Shown in pieces: positions 17,847 through 27,660 of a DNA stretch of 64,000 nt. The DNA comes from an uncultured Acidobacteriota bacterium. Its GTDB lineage: Bacteria > Acidobacteriota > Thermoanaerobaculia > Gp7-AA8. The stretch lies in assembly GCA_963741955.1 (NCBI GenBank), contig CAVUKB010000004.1:192001-256000 (forward strand), read 5' to 3'. Below the pieces are notes generated by a model. It made no database searches and was not told the DNA's origin. It worked only from the letters and a program-made list of their open reading frames with translations. The translations under genes were made by a program, and so were the position numbers. Each line of letters opens with the position of its first letter. Positions within the stretch are counted from its first letter, which is position 1.

Positions 17847-19411
17847 CGATCGAGAGTCTGGACGTCGAATTGGTGCGCAACGCCGCGGGACGGCAGGTTC
17901 CCGGAGTGGTGAACGGAAATGCGCAGGTGCCGTTCGAGGGCGTGGACGTTCACCGGCCATCGGGAAGGAAGGCCGCACCGCCGGTTCGCAGCGCGGCGGA
18001 CTATCTGCGGGATGGGGTGAAGCTCGTGCCCGATCTGGCGACGGCCCTCGCCGAATGCGGTCTGCGCGATGGAATGGTCATCTCGACGCATCATCATCTT
18101 CGGGACGGCGATCGGGTCGCCGTGGCGGCGCTCGAAGCAGCGGCGTCGCTCGGAGTGCGGGACCTGATGTGGTTTCCGAGTGCCTCGTTCCCCAGTCAGG
18201 CGAGCGTGATCGACCTGATGGAATCGGGAGTGGTCCACCACATCGAGGGGAGCATGAACGGGCCGCTCGGCGACTACTGCACGCAGGGAAGGATGCGCGG
18301 GCTGGGAGTGCTTCGCTCGCACGGCGGACGGTGGCAGGCGATCCAGGACGGCGAAGTGCACATCGACATCGCGGTGATCGCGGCGCCGAGTGCGGATCCG
18401 TTCGGTAACGCGAACGGATCTCACGGCCCGTCGGCCTGCGGATCGCTCGGGTTCGCGCTCGCCGATTCGACGTATGCGGACAAGGTGATCGTGGTGACGG
18501 ACAACCTGGTGCCGTTCCCCTGCATCCCCTGGCAGATCCAGGGCAACAATGTGGACAAAGTGGTGGTGGTCGACTCGATCGGAGATCCGGCGAAGATCGT
18601 CTCGGGGACGACCCAGATCACGCGTTCGCCCGACCGGCTGCGCATCGCGAAGCTGACTGCGTCCTTCATCCGCGAAGCCGGAATCATGAAGAACGGCTTC
18701 TCATTTCAGGCCGGGGCCGGCGGAATCTCACTCGCCTTCGTCAGCTATCTGCGCGAGATGATGAAGGACGCAGGGGTCAGGGCGCGATTCGTGCGCGGCG
18801 GTTCGACCAAGGTCCTGGTGGAGATGCTCGAGGAGGGATTGATGGACTACATCCTCGACGGGCAGACCTTCGATCTCGACGCGGTGCGATCGATCGCATC
18901 GAATCCGCGACACGTCGCGACCTCGCCCTTCACCTCCTACAACTTCCACGGGAAGGGAAACTTCGCCTCCATGATCGACGCGGTGGTCCTCGGCGCGACG
19001 GAGGTGGACACCTCGTTCAACGGGAACGTGGTGACGCATTCCGATGGACGGCTGCTGCACGGCATCGGCGGATGGCAGAATTGCCTGTACGCCGGCTGCA
19101 CGATTCTCGCGGTGCCGTCGTTCCGCGACCGGACTCCGGTGATCGTGGACGAGGTGACGACGCTGACCGGTCCCGGTGAGCTGATCGACGTGGTGGTGAC
19201 GGAGCGCGGAATCGCGATCAACCCCCGGCGGAAAGATCTGCTCGACGCGGTCGCGGGGTCAGGTCTCCCGATCCGGCCGATCGAGGCGCTGAAGGCGGAG
19301 ATCGAGAGCATCTGCGGAAGGCCGGAGAGGCCGAAGCGGACTGCCCGCCCGGCCGCGGTGGTGAAATGGGTGGACGGTACGGTACTGGATACGGTGTGGG
19401 AGCTGGAGTGA
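17843..19411 (+). CDS. citF: Citrate lyase alpha subunit / citrate CoA-transferase
   Basis: DGMVISTHHHLRDGD, RSHGGR, FQAGAGG, GATEVD..FNGNV, IDVVVTERGIAINP; ATGA overlap with citDE. Confidence 0.92.
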   Translation: MTIESLDVELVRNAAGRQVPGVVNGNAQVPFEGVDVHRPSGRKAAPPVRSAADYLRDGVKLVPDLATALAECGLRDGMVISTHHHLRDGDRVAVAALEAAASLGVRDLMWFPSASFPSQASVIDLMESGVVHHIEGSMNGPLGDYCTQGRMRGLGVLRSHGGRWQAIQDGEVHIDIAVIAAPSADPFGNANGSHGPSACGSLGFALADSTYADKVIVVTDNLVPFPCIPWQIQGNNVDKVVVVDSIGDPAKIVSGTTQITRSPDRLRIAKLTASFIREAGIMKNGFSFQAGAGGISLAFVSYLREMMKDAGVRARFVRGGSTKVLVEMLEEGLMDYILDGQTFDLDAVRSIASNPRHVATSPFTSYNFHGKGNFASMIDAVVLGATEVDTSFNGNVVTHSDGRLLHGIGGWQNCLYAGCTILAVPSFRDRTPVIVDEVTTLTGPGELIDVVVTERGIAINPRRKDLLDAVAGSGLPIRPIEALKAEIESICGRPERPKRTARPAAVVKWVDGTVLDTVWELE

Positions 19412-19420
19412 GGGGAAAAC

Positions 19421-19594
19421 GAATTCAGGATTCAGGATGAAGAATTGAGAATTGAGGATGAAGAACGAAGATCCTTGTCGGTCCTGGCTCCTCGATCTCC
19501 TCGCGGAATCTCCCAACCTCTACCTCAAAGGGTGAACTGATTCCTCCTCCGCTCTCTTTTCTGCATTCTGAATTCTGAATTCTGCATTCTGAAC
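19421..19594. repeat. Facing heptamer arrays (GAATTCA/GAATTGA-type and TTCTGAA/TTCTGCA-type)
   Basis: Arrays at about 19421-19465 and 19559-19594 between convergent genes. Confidence 0.8.
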
Positions 19595-20134
19595 TCATCT
19601 TCTCTCTCGTAAGGCGTCCACCACCGCTTCGAAGCGCCCCTCGGCACAGAGCCCGCTCATGCCAGCCTCCTCCCAGACTCGGGTCGCGATCTGCGCCGGC
19701 GTCTCGACCGCGAGCGGCGGAGGCGTCGTCATTCGCTGACGGAGTGTCTCGAGAAGCTCCTCTTCCTCGCCGGGGGCGAAGGCGACCCGGCTCTCCATCT
19801 CGATCGCGTCCATGACTTCCGCGCGGGTGGCTGCGCGCGAGACGGGATAGATGTGGAGGTGGAGATGTGGCACCTGGAGGCCGAGCTTGAGGAGGATGGC
19901 GCGGTCGGCGCCGGTCACTGCGAGGAGCGCCTCCTCCACGCGTCTGAAGAAATGGACGAATTCGCCTGCCTGTTGCTCTGATAGAGAGGAGAGATTCTCG
20001 ACGTGCCTCTTCGCGACCACTACGGCGTGGCCACGGAGTGCGTGGTCGTCGCTGAGGAGGGCCAGGGCGACCGGGCTCTCGGCGAAGACCTCGGGGCGGT
20101 TGATGTCGTAGCCGCAGAAGTGACAGGCACTCAT
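19595..20134 (-). CDS. HIT family protein with short C-terminal extension
   Basis: CHFC zinc motif, histidine triad VPHLHLHIYP. Confidence 0.85.
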   Translation of the reverse strand: MSACHFCGYDINRPEVFAESPVALALLSDDHALRGHAVVVAKRHVENLSSLSEQQAGEFVHFFRRVEEALLAVTGADRAILLKLGLQVPHLHLHIYPVSRAATRAEVMDAIEMESRVAFAPGEEEELLETLRQRMTTPPPLAVETPAQIATRVWEEAGMSGLCAEGRFEAVVDALRERR

Positions 20135-20287
20135 TGATTCGGCTCCCGTGAACGGATCGTGAAAACGGTTGGGCCTCGCTTCGGGAGGCAGCTTCATTGT
20201 CGCACTGGCATGCGGAATGAAGAATATACGAATAGCCTTGCGGTGCGCGGCCGCACCCGGGGCGAGATCAAGATCCGTGAGGGAGCA

Positions 20288-21190
20288 ATGTCAGGCTGGT
20301 GGTTCGAAGAAAAGCAGGAACGTAATCCATATCCTCTGATCCTCGCGGCACTCGGCGTAGTGGGATTCACCGGGGGGGCAGAGTTTTTCCGGAGACTGTT
20401 TCGAAACTCGCAGCTGTTCTGTCCCGAGGCCGAGCCATTGATCTCCTGGGACCCGCGAGATTACGGATTCGATCCGGAGCGTGTGGAGGAAGTCCGGTTC
20501 CGCGCGGACGACGACACGCTGCTGACGGGGTGGTACTGTCGCGCCGCGGATCCGATCGGCTCGGGACTCTACTGTCATGGAAACACAGGGAACTTCACCA
20601 AGGACCTCGCCGCACTGCGGAGATTCGTCGACGACGGACTGAACGTCCTCGTCTTCGACTATCGCGGATTCGGGAGAAGCGAAGGACGTCCGACGATCCG
20701 GGGAGTGGTCCGGGACGCTCACGCGGCGGCGGAGCTTCATGAAAGGATCCGCCCGGCGCATCTCCCCTCGCTGCTGTACGGGTTCTCACTGGGAGGGGCG
20801 GTGGCGGCACAGATCGTCCGCGACCATCCATTCGACGCGCTGGTACTCCAGTCGACGTTCACGAACCTCCCCGAAATGACACGCACGATCTTTCCGAATC
20901 TCCCGCTCCACATCCTGGCGGGACACGACTTCGACACACTCTCCATCGTGGAGTCGCTGGAGATTCCGCTCCTGGTGATCCACGGAACTGCGGATGAGAT
21001 GATTCCCTGCTCGATGGGCGAGACGCTGCACGAGCGCTGTGCGACCGCGCGTCCGATCGAGATCATCGAGAACGGGATGCACAGCGACCTGTTCGACATT
21101 CAGGGAGACCGGATCGTCGACGTGATCCGGAATCTCGCTCTCGATCTGCGAAGTCAGAAGGCGGATGAAGCGCTCGGCGAGGCGAGCTGA
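20288..21190 (+). CDS. Alpha/beta hydrolase (ABHD13/17-like)
   Basis: HGNTG, DYRGFGRSEG, GFSLG nucleophile, HGTADE, C-terminal His. Confidence 0.88.
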   Translation: MSGWWFEEKQERNPYPLILAALGVVGFTGGAEFFRRLFRNSQLFCPEAEPLISWDPRDYGFDPERVEEVRFRADDDTLLTGWYCRAADPIGSGLYCHGNTGNFTKDLAALRRFVDDGLNVLVFDYRGFGRSEGRPTIRGVVRDAHAAAELHERIRPAHLPSLLYGFSLGGAVAAQIVRDHPFDALVLQSTFTNLPEMTRTIFPNLPLHILAGHDFDTLSIVESLEIPLLVIHGTADEMIPCSMGETLHERCATARPIEIIENGMHSDLFDIQGDRIVDVIRNLALDLRSQKADEALGEAS

Positions 21191-21294
21191 GAACCTGGTG
21201 CGGTGTTTCATGAATCCCTTGCACCTGGTCGCGGGCACCGACAGGCGGGATGCTCTCCCTTCTGGCTCCGTGATCCGTTACACTTCTCTCTCTC

Positions 21295-22230
21295 ATGAAA
21301 AGGCTCGCGCTCGGCGTCGCACTTCTCGCGATTGCTGCCGCTGCTCCCGCTGCGCACCGGCATCGAGCCGTGCGCCGGGTTCCGGCGGCGGTGTCGACTC
21401 CACCTCTGATCGCAGGATGCTCGCTCTATCCGCCGGACAACGAGTGGAACCGGGACATCTCTGCAGATCCGGTCGACCCTAATTCGTCCCGCTACATCGC
21501 GCACATGAACGGTGCAACGAAGTTCCTTCACCCCGACTTCGGAGCGAATCAGGAGTATGGGATTCCGTACAACGTCGTGCCGGCCTCGCAGGCTCTGGTG
21601 CCGATCAGTTTCGATTACGCCGACGAGAGCGATCCGGGACCGTATCCGATTCCGGACGACGTGAAGATCGAAGCGGGAAGTGACCGCCACATCCTCGTGC
21701 TGCAGAGCGGCTCGTGCATGCTTTACGAGGCGTGGGACTGCGGCCGCGCGGGTCCCGGATGGCACTGCGGTTCAGGGGCAGTCTTCGACCTCTCGTCGAA
21801 TCGCCTCCGCCCCGACGGATGGACGTCCGCGGATGCCGCGGGACTTCCGATCCTTCCGGGTCTGGTCCGCTACGACGAGATCGAGGCGGGCGAGATCCGT
21901 CACGCGCTCCGCTTCACCGTCCAGTCGACCCAACGTGCCTACGTTCACCCTGCGACGCATTTCGCGAGCAGCAACACCGACCCCGACGCCCCTCCGATGG
22001 GTCTTCGCGTCCGCCTCCGGAGCGATTACGATCTCTCGCGGTTTCACGGTGCGGCGAAGGTCATCCTGGTGGCGATGAAACGGTATGGAATGTTCCTCGC
22101 GGACAATGGTTCTGACTGGTTCGTCACCGGAGCGACCGATCCGCGGTGGAACGACGATGACCTCGAGCAGTTGAAGAGTGTTCCCGCGAGCGCGTTCGAG
22201 GTCGTAGAGCTCGGCCCCATCTTCCGCTGA
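21295..22230 (+). CDS. Secreted hypothetical protein
   Basis: Signal peptide followed by HRHRAVRR; conserved-looking core [29 protein letters not shown]. Confidence 0.8.
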   Translation: MKRLALGVALLAIAAAAPAAHRHRAVRRVPAAVSTPPLIAGCSLYPPDNEWNRDISADPVDPNSSRYIAHMNGATKFLHPDFGANQEYGIPYNVVPASQALVPISFDYADESDPGPYPIPDDVKIEAGSDRHILVLQSGSCMLYEAWDCGRAGPGWHCGSGAVFDLSSNRLRPDGWTSADAAGLPILPGLVRYDEIEAGEIRHALRFTVQSTQRAYVHPATHFASSNTDPDAPPMGLRVRLRSDYDLSRFHGAAKVILVAMKRYGMFLADNGSDWFVTGATDPRWNDDDLEQLKSVPASAFEVVELGPIFR

Positions 22231-22330
22231 CCGGGATCCCCGAGCTCGAATCCGGAGCACCGGATCCGCGGGCAGAGGAGATGGTGGACGCAATGCATTT
22301 CAATTCGAGATTCGAGACACGAAACCAGAT

Positions 22331-24001
22331 ATGAACAAAATCATCTATTCAATGATCGGAGTCGGGAAGTTCTACGACAAGAAACCGGTCCTCGAGAACA
22401 TCTACCTCTCCTACTTCTACGGAGCGAAGATCGGCGTCATCGGTCTGAACGGCTCCGGCAAGAGCTCTCTTCTCCGCATCCTGGCAGGGGTGGACAAGGA
22501 GTTCGTCGGTGAGACGGTAATCGCTCCCGGTCACAGTGTCGGCTTTCTCGAGCAGGAGCCGAAGCTCGACGATTCGAAGACGGTCCGCGAGATCGTCGAA
22601 GAGGGAGCGCAGGAGACGGTCGATCTCCTCCGGGAGTTCGACGAGATCAACGCGCAGTTCGCCGACCCGATGGACGACGACGCGATGACGAAGCTTCTCG
22701 AGAGGCAGGGCTCCGTCCAGGAGAAGCTCGATGCCGCCGGCGCGTGGGATCTCGACAGCCGCCTGGAGATGGCGATGGACGCACTCCGCTGTCCTCCTGG
22801 GGAGACTCGGGTCGAGGTTCTCTCCGGAGGCGAGCGGCGACGCGTTGCACTCTGCCGCCTGCTGCTGCAGAAGCCCGACATCCTTCTTCTCGACGAGCCG
22901 ACCAACCATCTCGACGCGGAGACGGTCGCATGGCTCGAGCATCATCTGAAAGAGTACGAGGGAACGGTCATCGCGGTGACCCACGACCGCTACTTTCTCG
23001 ACAACGTCGCCGGCTGGATTCTCGAGCTCGATCGCGGCCGCGGGATTCCGTGGGAAGGGAACTACTCCTCGTGGCTGGAGCAGAAACAGAATCGCCTGGC
23101 CCAGGAAGAGAAGGCGGAATCCCAGCGCCAGAAGACGCTGCAGCGCGAGCTGGAATGGATCCGGATGTCGCCCAAGGGCCGCCACGCGAAAGGGAAGGCC
23201 CGCATCAACGCGTACGAGTCGCTCCTCGGACAGGAGTCGATCGAGCGCGAGAAGGAGCTCGAGATCTACATCCCGCCCGGACCGCGTCTCGGTGACGTGG
23301 TGATCGAAGCGGAAGGAGTTTCGAAAGGCTACGGCGAGAACCTTCTGGTCGAAGGGATGAGCTTCTCCGTCCCGCGAGGAGCGATCGTCGGAGTGATCGG
23401 CCCGAACGGCGCCGGAAAGACGACCCTCTTCCGCATGATCACCGGACAGGAGCAGCCGGACGGTGGATCGATCCGACTCGGTGAGACGGTGAGCCTCGCC
23501 TACGTCGACCAGAGCCGCGACTCCCTCGACGGAGACAAGAGCATCTGGGAAGAGATCTCTGCCGGACAGGACGTGGTGGTCCTCGGCTCGCGCCAGGTGA
23601 ACTCGCGTGCCTGGGTGGCGCGGTTCAACTTCTCGGGGTCAGACCAACAGAAGAAGGTCGGGAATCTATCCGGTGGCGAACGCAACCGGGTTCACCTCGC
23701 GAAAATGCTCAAGTCCGGAGCGAACGTGCTCCTCCTCGATGAACCGACCAACGATCTCGACGTCAACACCATGCGTGCGCTGGAGGAGGCGTTGGAGGCA
23801 TTCGGCGGATGCGCCCTGATCATCAGCCACGACCGCTGGTTCCTCGACCGGATCGCGACTCACATTCTGGCCTTCGAAGGTGACAGCAGTGCCGTCTGGT
23901 TCGACGGCAACTACTCCGAGTACGAGACCGACCGGCACCAACGCCTCGGCACGGCCGCCGACCAGCCTCATCGGATCAAGTACAGGCAGCTCACGCGCTG
24001 A
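22331..24001 (+). CDS. ettA: Energy-dependent translational throttle ABC-F ATPase
   Basis: Two ABC domains ([21 protein letters not shown]; GPNGAGKT), [10 protein letters not shown] linker, PHRIKYR end. Confidence 0.95.
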   Translation: MNKIIYSMIGVGKFYDKKPVLENIYLSYFYGAKIGVIGLNGSGKSSLLRILAGVDKEFVGETVIAPGHSVGFLEQEPKLDDSKTVREIVEEGAQETVDLLREFDEINAQFADPMDDDAMTKLLERQGSVQEKLDAAGAWDLDSRLEMAMDALRCPPGETRVEVLSGGERRRVALCRLLLQKPDILLLDEPTNHLDAETVAWLEHHLKEYEGTVIAVTHDRYFLDNVAGWILELDRGRGIPWEGNYSSWLEQKQNRLAQEEKAESQRQKTLQRELEWIRMSPKGRHAKGKARINAYESLLGQESIEREKELEIYIPPGPRLGDVVIEAEGVSKGYGENLLVEGMSFSVPRGAIVGVIGPNGAGKTTLFRMITGQEQPDGGSIRLGETVSLAYVDQSRDSLDGDKSIWEEISAGQDVVVLGSRQVNSRAWVARFNFSGSDQQKKVGNLSGGERNRVHLAKMLKSGANVLLLDEPTNDLDVNTMRALEEALEAFGGCALIISHDRWFLDRIATHILAFEGDSSAVWFDGNYSEYETDRHQRLGTAADQPHRIKYRQLTR

Positions 24002-24036
24002 GTGCAGTGCTTCATGAATCCCTTACATCCGGCTCA

Positions 24037-25035
24037 ATGACCCTCGAATCCGCTCCCTTCGTTCCCGCCTGGTGGGTTCCCGGCGCGCACCTTCAGACGG
24101 TGTGGGGGAGGATGACTCGTCCGCGGCAGCTCGTTCGGATGCGGCGCGAACCGATCGAGATGCCGGACGGCGACGTCCTGGTTCTCGATCACGTGGACAT
24201 ACCCGATGGATCCGGCAATCTCCGCGCGGTGCTCCTCCACGGACTCGAAGGGAGCTCGTATTCGGTCTACATCCAGGGCGTCCTTTCGCTCCTCTCCGCG
24301 AGGGGGATTCCGGCGACGGTGATCAATTTCCGCTCCTGTGCACGCGATCCGCTACGGACGAAGATCCATCTGCCGAACCGGCGTCCGCGTTTCTACCATT
24401 CAGGGGAAACGACGGATCTCGATCACGTGATCCGGCTCCTCTCCGCGCGCCATCCGCAAAGCCGCTTCGTCGCATTCGGAGCGTCCCTCGGCGGGAACGT
24501 CCTTCTGAAGTGGCTGGGAGAAAACCGAGGGCAGAAGCTCGTCGAGCGCGCCGTCGCGGTCTCCGTCCCTTACGATCTCGCCGCGGGCGCGCGGTACCTC
24601 GAAACGCCGATGGGACGGTTCTACTGCGAGGTGTTCTTCCGCAGCCTCCGTCCGAAAGTCGAGCGGCTCGTACGCGAATTTCCAGACGTGGGAGCACGGG
24701 TCGATCTCGAGCGAATCCGGCGGGCAAAGTCCTTCTTCGATTTCGACCAGTGGGCAACGGCCCCGATCCACGGATTCGCCGGAGCGGAAGACTACTGGGA
24801 GCGCTCGAGCTCCATTCGGGTCCTCTCGCAGATCGACGTGCCGGTGCTCTGCATCAGCTCGGCCGATGATCCTTTCCTTCCTCCTCGCGTGATCGACGAG
24901 GTCGAAGCGGTCGCCTCATCGACGATCACTCTGATCCGCACGAGGGGCGGCGGACACGTCGGATTCGTCGGCGGGCGCCGTCCGTGGGAACCGGCGTACT
25001 GGGCGGAGAGAAAAGCCGCCGAGTATCTGACTTGA
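24037..25035 (+). CDS. YheT-family alpha/beta hydrolase
   Basis: HLQT, LHGLEGS, YHSGET, GASLGG, DDPF, GGHVGF. Confidence 0.88.
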   Translation: MTLESAPFVPAWWVPGAHLQTVWGRMTRPRQLVRMRREPIEMPDGDVLVLDHVDIPDGSGNLRAVLLHGLEGSSYSVYIQGVLSLLSARGIPATVINFRSCARDPLRTKIHLPNRRPRFYHSGETTDLDHVIRLLSARHPQSRFVAFGASLGGNVLLKWLGENRGQKLVERAVAVSVPYDLAAGARYLETPMGRFYCEVFFRSLRPKVERLVREFPDVGARVDLERIRRAKSFFDFDQWATAPIHGFAGAEDYWERSSSIRVLSQIDVPVLCISSADDPFLPPRVIDEVEAVASSTITLIRTRGGGHVGFVGGRRPWEPAYWAERKAAEYLT

Positions 25036-25064
25036 AAGTACGAGCGCAGACGGACTCCTGATTC

Positions 25065-25700
25065 CTACTTCCATTCCATCTCGAAGCTGCAGACGGCGTC
25101 GCCGCGGCAGTGGCATTTCACTTCCACGACCCTGGGATCGGTTCCACCATGACGGAGGATCGCTTCCTTGTAGAAGCCGAGCGCGCTCGCACAGTAGTAA
25201 GGGCTGTAGCAGGGATACTCGAGATAATCCATCCGTGCGCCGTGAGGCGTCTTGTGAAACTCCACCCGTCCGTATTTCTGGTACTGCTGGTGGAACGACG
25301 CGATGTTCTCGAGAAACTTGAGCAGCTCGGTGTTGTCGAGCATGCGGTAGACGCGACCGATGCCGAGCTCGGCGGAGGCAGCGCCGACCAGCTCGAGAAT
25401 GTGCGGATGCTTCTCTTTTCCGAACTCGTAGATCGTCTTGTCGAGCTCCACGAGCGCGGCGAAGTCGTACCACGCGCTGGCGAGAGGAGTCCGCGTGATC
25501 TTGAGCGTCTCCGGTGACAGCCGGGCGAGCACGGCGTAATACCCCTCTTCGCCGAATTGATCGAGGAGGAACTGTTTGCGTCCTCCGAACATCACCCCTT
25601 TGATCTTGCAGACGGACGGATCGGGGCCGAGCAGTACCTCGTTTCCGGCGAGAGGCGCAGGTGTACCGAGAGATGATTCGGATTCGAGAAGGAGCGACAT
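25065..25700 (-). CDS. Myxococcal TIGR02265/DUF2378-like protein with C-terminal V4R-like motif
   Basis: KIKG, PLASAWYD, C-terminal CHCRGDAVCSFEMEW; start 25700 or 25721. Confidence 0.6.
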   Translation of the reverse strand: MSLLLESESSLGTPAPLAGNEVLLGPDPSVCKIKGVMFGGRKQFLLDQFGEEGYYAVLARLSPETLKITRTPLASAWYDFAALVELDKTIYEFGKEKHPHILELVGAASAELGIGRVYRMLDNTELLKFLENIASFHQQYQKYGRVEFHKTPHGARMDYLEYPCYSPYYCASALGFYKEAILRHGGTDPRVVEVKCHCRGDAVCSFEMEWK

Positions 25701-26029
25701 GGCGGTTTCTCCAGGGAGCACCCACCCGTTCCGCCGGATGGCGTGTCTTCTTCCATCATAGCGCCGAGATCGTCAGCACGCAGATCTTCTCTCCGGGATC
25801 CGACGTCCTGGGCCGCAAGAAATCGTCCGTACTGCCGGCCGGAGAACGCGGAACCGCGATGCCGCGTCGCAACCGGAGCGGCGGCGCATGATCGTGGCTC
25901 AACCATCGAAAGATTGCGCGCCCGAAAGGTTGCGCGCCGGAGCGGCGATCCGGCTTCTGTCCGGTTCGGGGGTTGCAGGAAGTGAGCTGGAGTGGCACCC
26001 GGGCTTGCCGGATGCCTGGATGAAAAACG

Positions 26030-26950
26030 ATGTCAGCGAGCCGTACGACAACCCGACTGAGCGGCGCCACGAAAGCGTGGATTGCGGTTGCCCTGACCTG
26101 GGTGAGCGGTTTCGTCGATGCGGTCTGTTACGTCACCCTTTTCCGAGTCTTCGTAGCGAACATGAGTGGAAACAGTGTGGCGATCGGAATCGGGATCGGG
26201 GAAGGAAGATGGAATCTGCTGTTCCGGCGCGGATTCGCCGTGCCGCTCTTTTTCGCCGGTCTGGTGATCTGCCGTCTGGCAGTGGATTGGGCGAACCAGC
26301 AGAAGATCCGGCGTATCTTCGGGTGGATCTTCGCCGTCGAGGCCGGCCTGCTGGGTCTCTTCGTCGCGGTTGGATGGGGATTCGTGGAAGGGAAGCGGAT
26401 GACCGGGATCTCCGATGCGCGTTACTTCACGTTGATCGCGCTCCCGGCGGTCGCGATGGGACTGCAGAACGCGGCGCTGACGCACTTCGGTCCGCTGACG
26501 GTCCGCACCACACACGTCACCGGAACTCTGGCGAAGCTGGCCGACCACGTCGCCCGCTGGCTCCTGTGGATGAGGAAACGGATCAGAAGCGCCGAGGGGA
26601 GGAGAGGATTGATGCGGGAGAGCGTGAGGCACGGTTCATTTCGAACCGCGTCGCTCCTCTTCGCGGCGTGGTGCGGATACGTGATCGGCGCGGCCACGGG
26701 GGCGTGGCTCAAGACTCTGATCGAGCTCTCGAGCCTCCTCGTGCCGATCGCGATTCTGATCGCACTCGTCGCCATCGACTGGATCGACCCGTTCGCCGTC
26801 GGGCGAGGCGAGGGAGAGGCATCGAGGATCGAGTATCGAGGATCGAGTATCGAGGATCGAGTATCGAGGATCGAGTATCGAGGATCGAGTATCGAGGATC
26901 GAGTATCGAGGATCGAGGATCGAGGATCTGAGAGGCGAGGATCGGAGTAG
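26030..26950 (+). CDS. YoaK/DUF1275 membrane protein with repeat-encoded C-terminal tail
   Basis: SGFVDA, FVANMSGN, AMGLQNA, TTHVTG. Confidence 0.88.
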   Translation: MSASRTTTRLSGATKAWIAVALTWVSGFVDAVCYVTLFRVFVANMSGNSVAIGIGIGEGRWNLLFRRGFAVPLFFAGLVICRLAVDWANQQKIRRIFGWIFAVEAGLLGLFVAVGWGFVEGKRMTGISDARYFTLIALPAVAMGLQNAALTHFGPLTVRTTHVTGTLAKLADHVARWLLWMRKRIRSAEGRRGLMRESVRHGSFRTASLLFAAWCGYVIGAATGAWLKTLIELSSLLVPIAILIALVAIDWIDPFAVGRGEGEASRIEYRGSSIEDRVSRIEYRGSSIEDRVSRIEDRGSERRGSE

Positions 26951-27003
26951 GACAGTATTGTTCTTCGCCGCTCGCCGACCCCCGACCCCTGATCCCCGAC
27001 CCC
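26821..27003. repeat. ATCGAGG/ATCGAGT heptamer array (15 units) and facing CCCGACC-type heptamers
   Basis: (ATCGAGGATCGAGT)x6 plus (ATCGAGG)x3 at 26821-26925; second set at about 26974-27003. Confidence 0.92.
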
Positions 27004-27004
27004 T

Positions 27005-27376
27005 CTACTCCTCGGGTCGGATCTCCGTTCCGGCTTCGATGCTCTCACCGGTCCGGAATGTAAGCCGTGTGAGCTGCCCCGAGCGCGTCTCGATCTCGAC
27101 GCTGTGATCGATTCCCGATTCCTGATCCACGCGCACGGTCGTCGGATTCGGTACAACCAGCCGGGTGTGCCGCTCGGGCCGCTTGCCGACGGTGACGACG
27201 ATCTCGTTGTGTTGCGGCGGGTCGACCCGCGCGGTGATTCCCTCCAGCGGCAGCTCTTCGAAATCGCACATCGAATTTCCGCGAGCGCGCTCGGCGGTCA
27301 CCAGCCAGCTGTCGTGCTGCATAGTGAAATCTTCGAAAAATCGCCCCCACTCCTGCTGTGGAATCTCTCGTTCCAT
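27005..27376 (-). CDS. DUF5335-like hypothetical protein
   Basis: MEREIPQQEWGRFFEDFT..H, LPLEGIT; GGAGG RBS upstream. Confidence 0.7.
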   Translation of the reverse strand: MEREIPQQEWGRFFEDFTMQHDSWLVTAERARGNSMCDFEELPLEGITARVDPPQHNEIVVTVGKRPERHTRLVVPNPTTVRVDQESGIDHSVEIETRSGQLTRLTFRTGESIEAGTEIRPEE

Positions 27377-27660
27377 CTCCACCTCCACATTCTCGCGCGA
27401 CGGACGACTCTGCCGCGCAGATTCATAAGACGTAGCGATTCTGAAAATCCGCCACGGATATCTCCCGGCTGCAAGAAATGTGCGGTGCAGTGGTGTGCGA
27501 CTTGCTGCCGATTGTGGGGCGGTGGGGGCATTGCGCACTGCCGGTCCACGACCTCGGATTCAACAGCAGCGAGACGCTTCCGGCCGGCCTGGCGAGGTCG
27601 GGCGTGAGGTGGACCGGCGGGCTCGTGAATCGCTCTCACCGATGAGAAAAGGAGGACGCT

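Noticed and set aside
16614-19411. Ordinary citrate-fermentation cit operon
   Set aside because: No citC, citG, citX, citrate transporter or oxaloacetate decarboxylase nearby; CitD is fused and its motif altered
25993-26008. Sigma-54 promoter before yoaK (TGGCAC-N6-TTGC)
   Set aside because: Spacing is one base too long for the strict -24/-12 geometry
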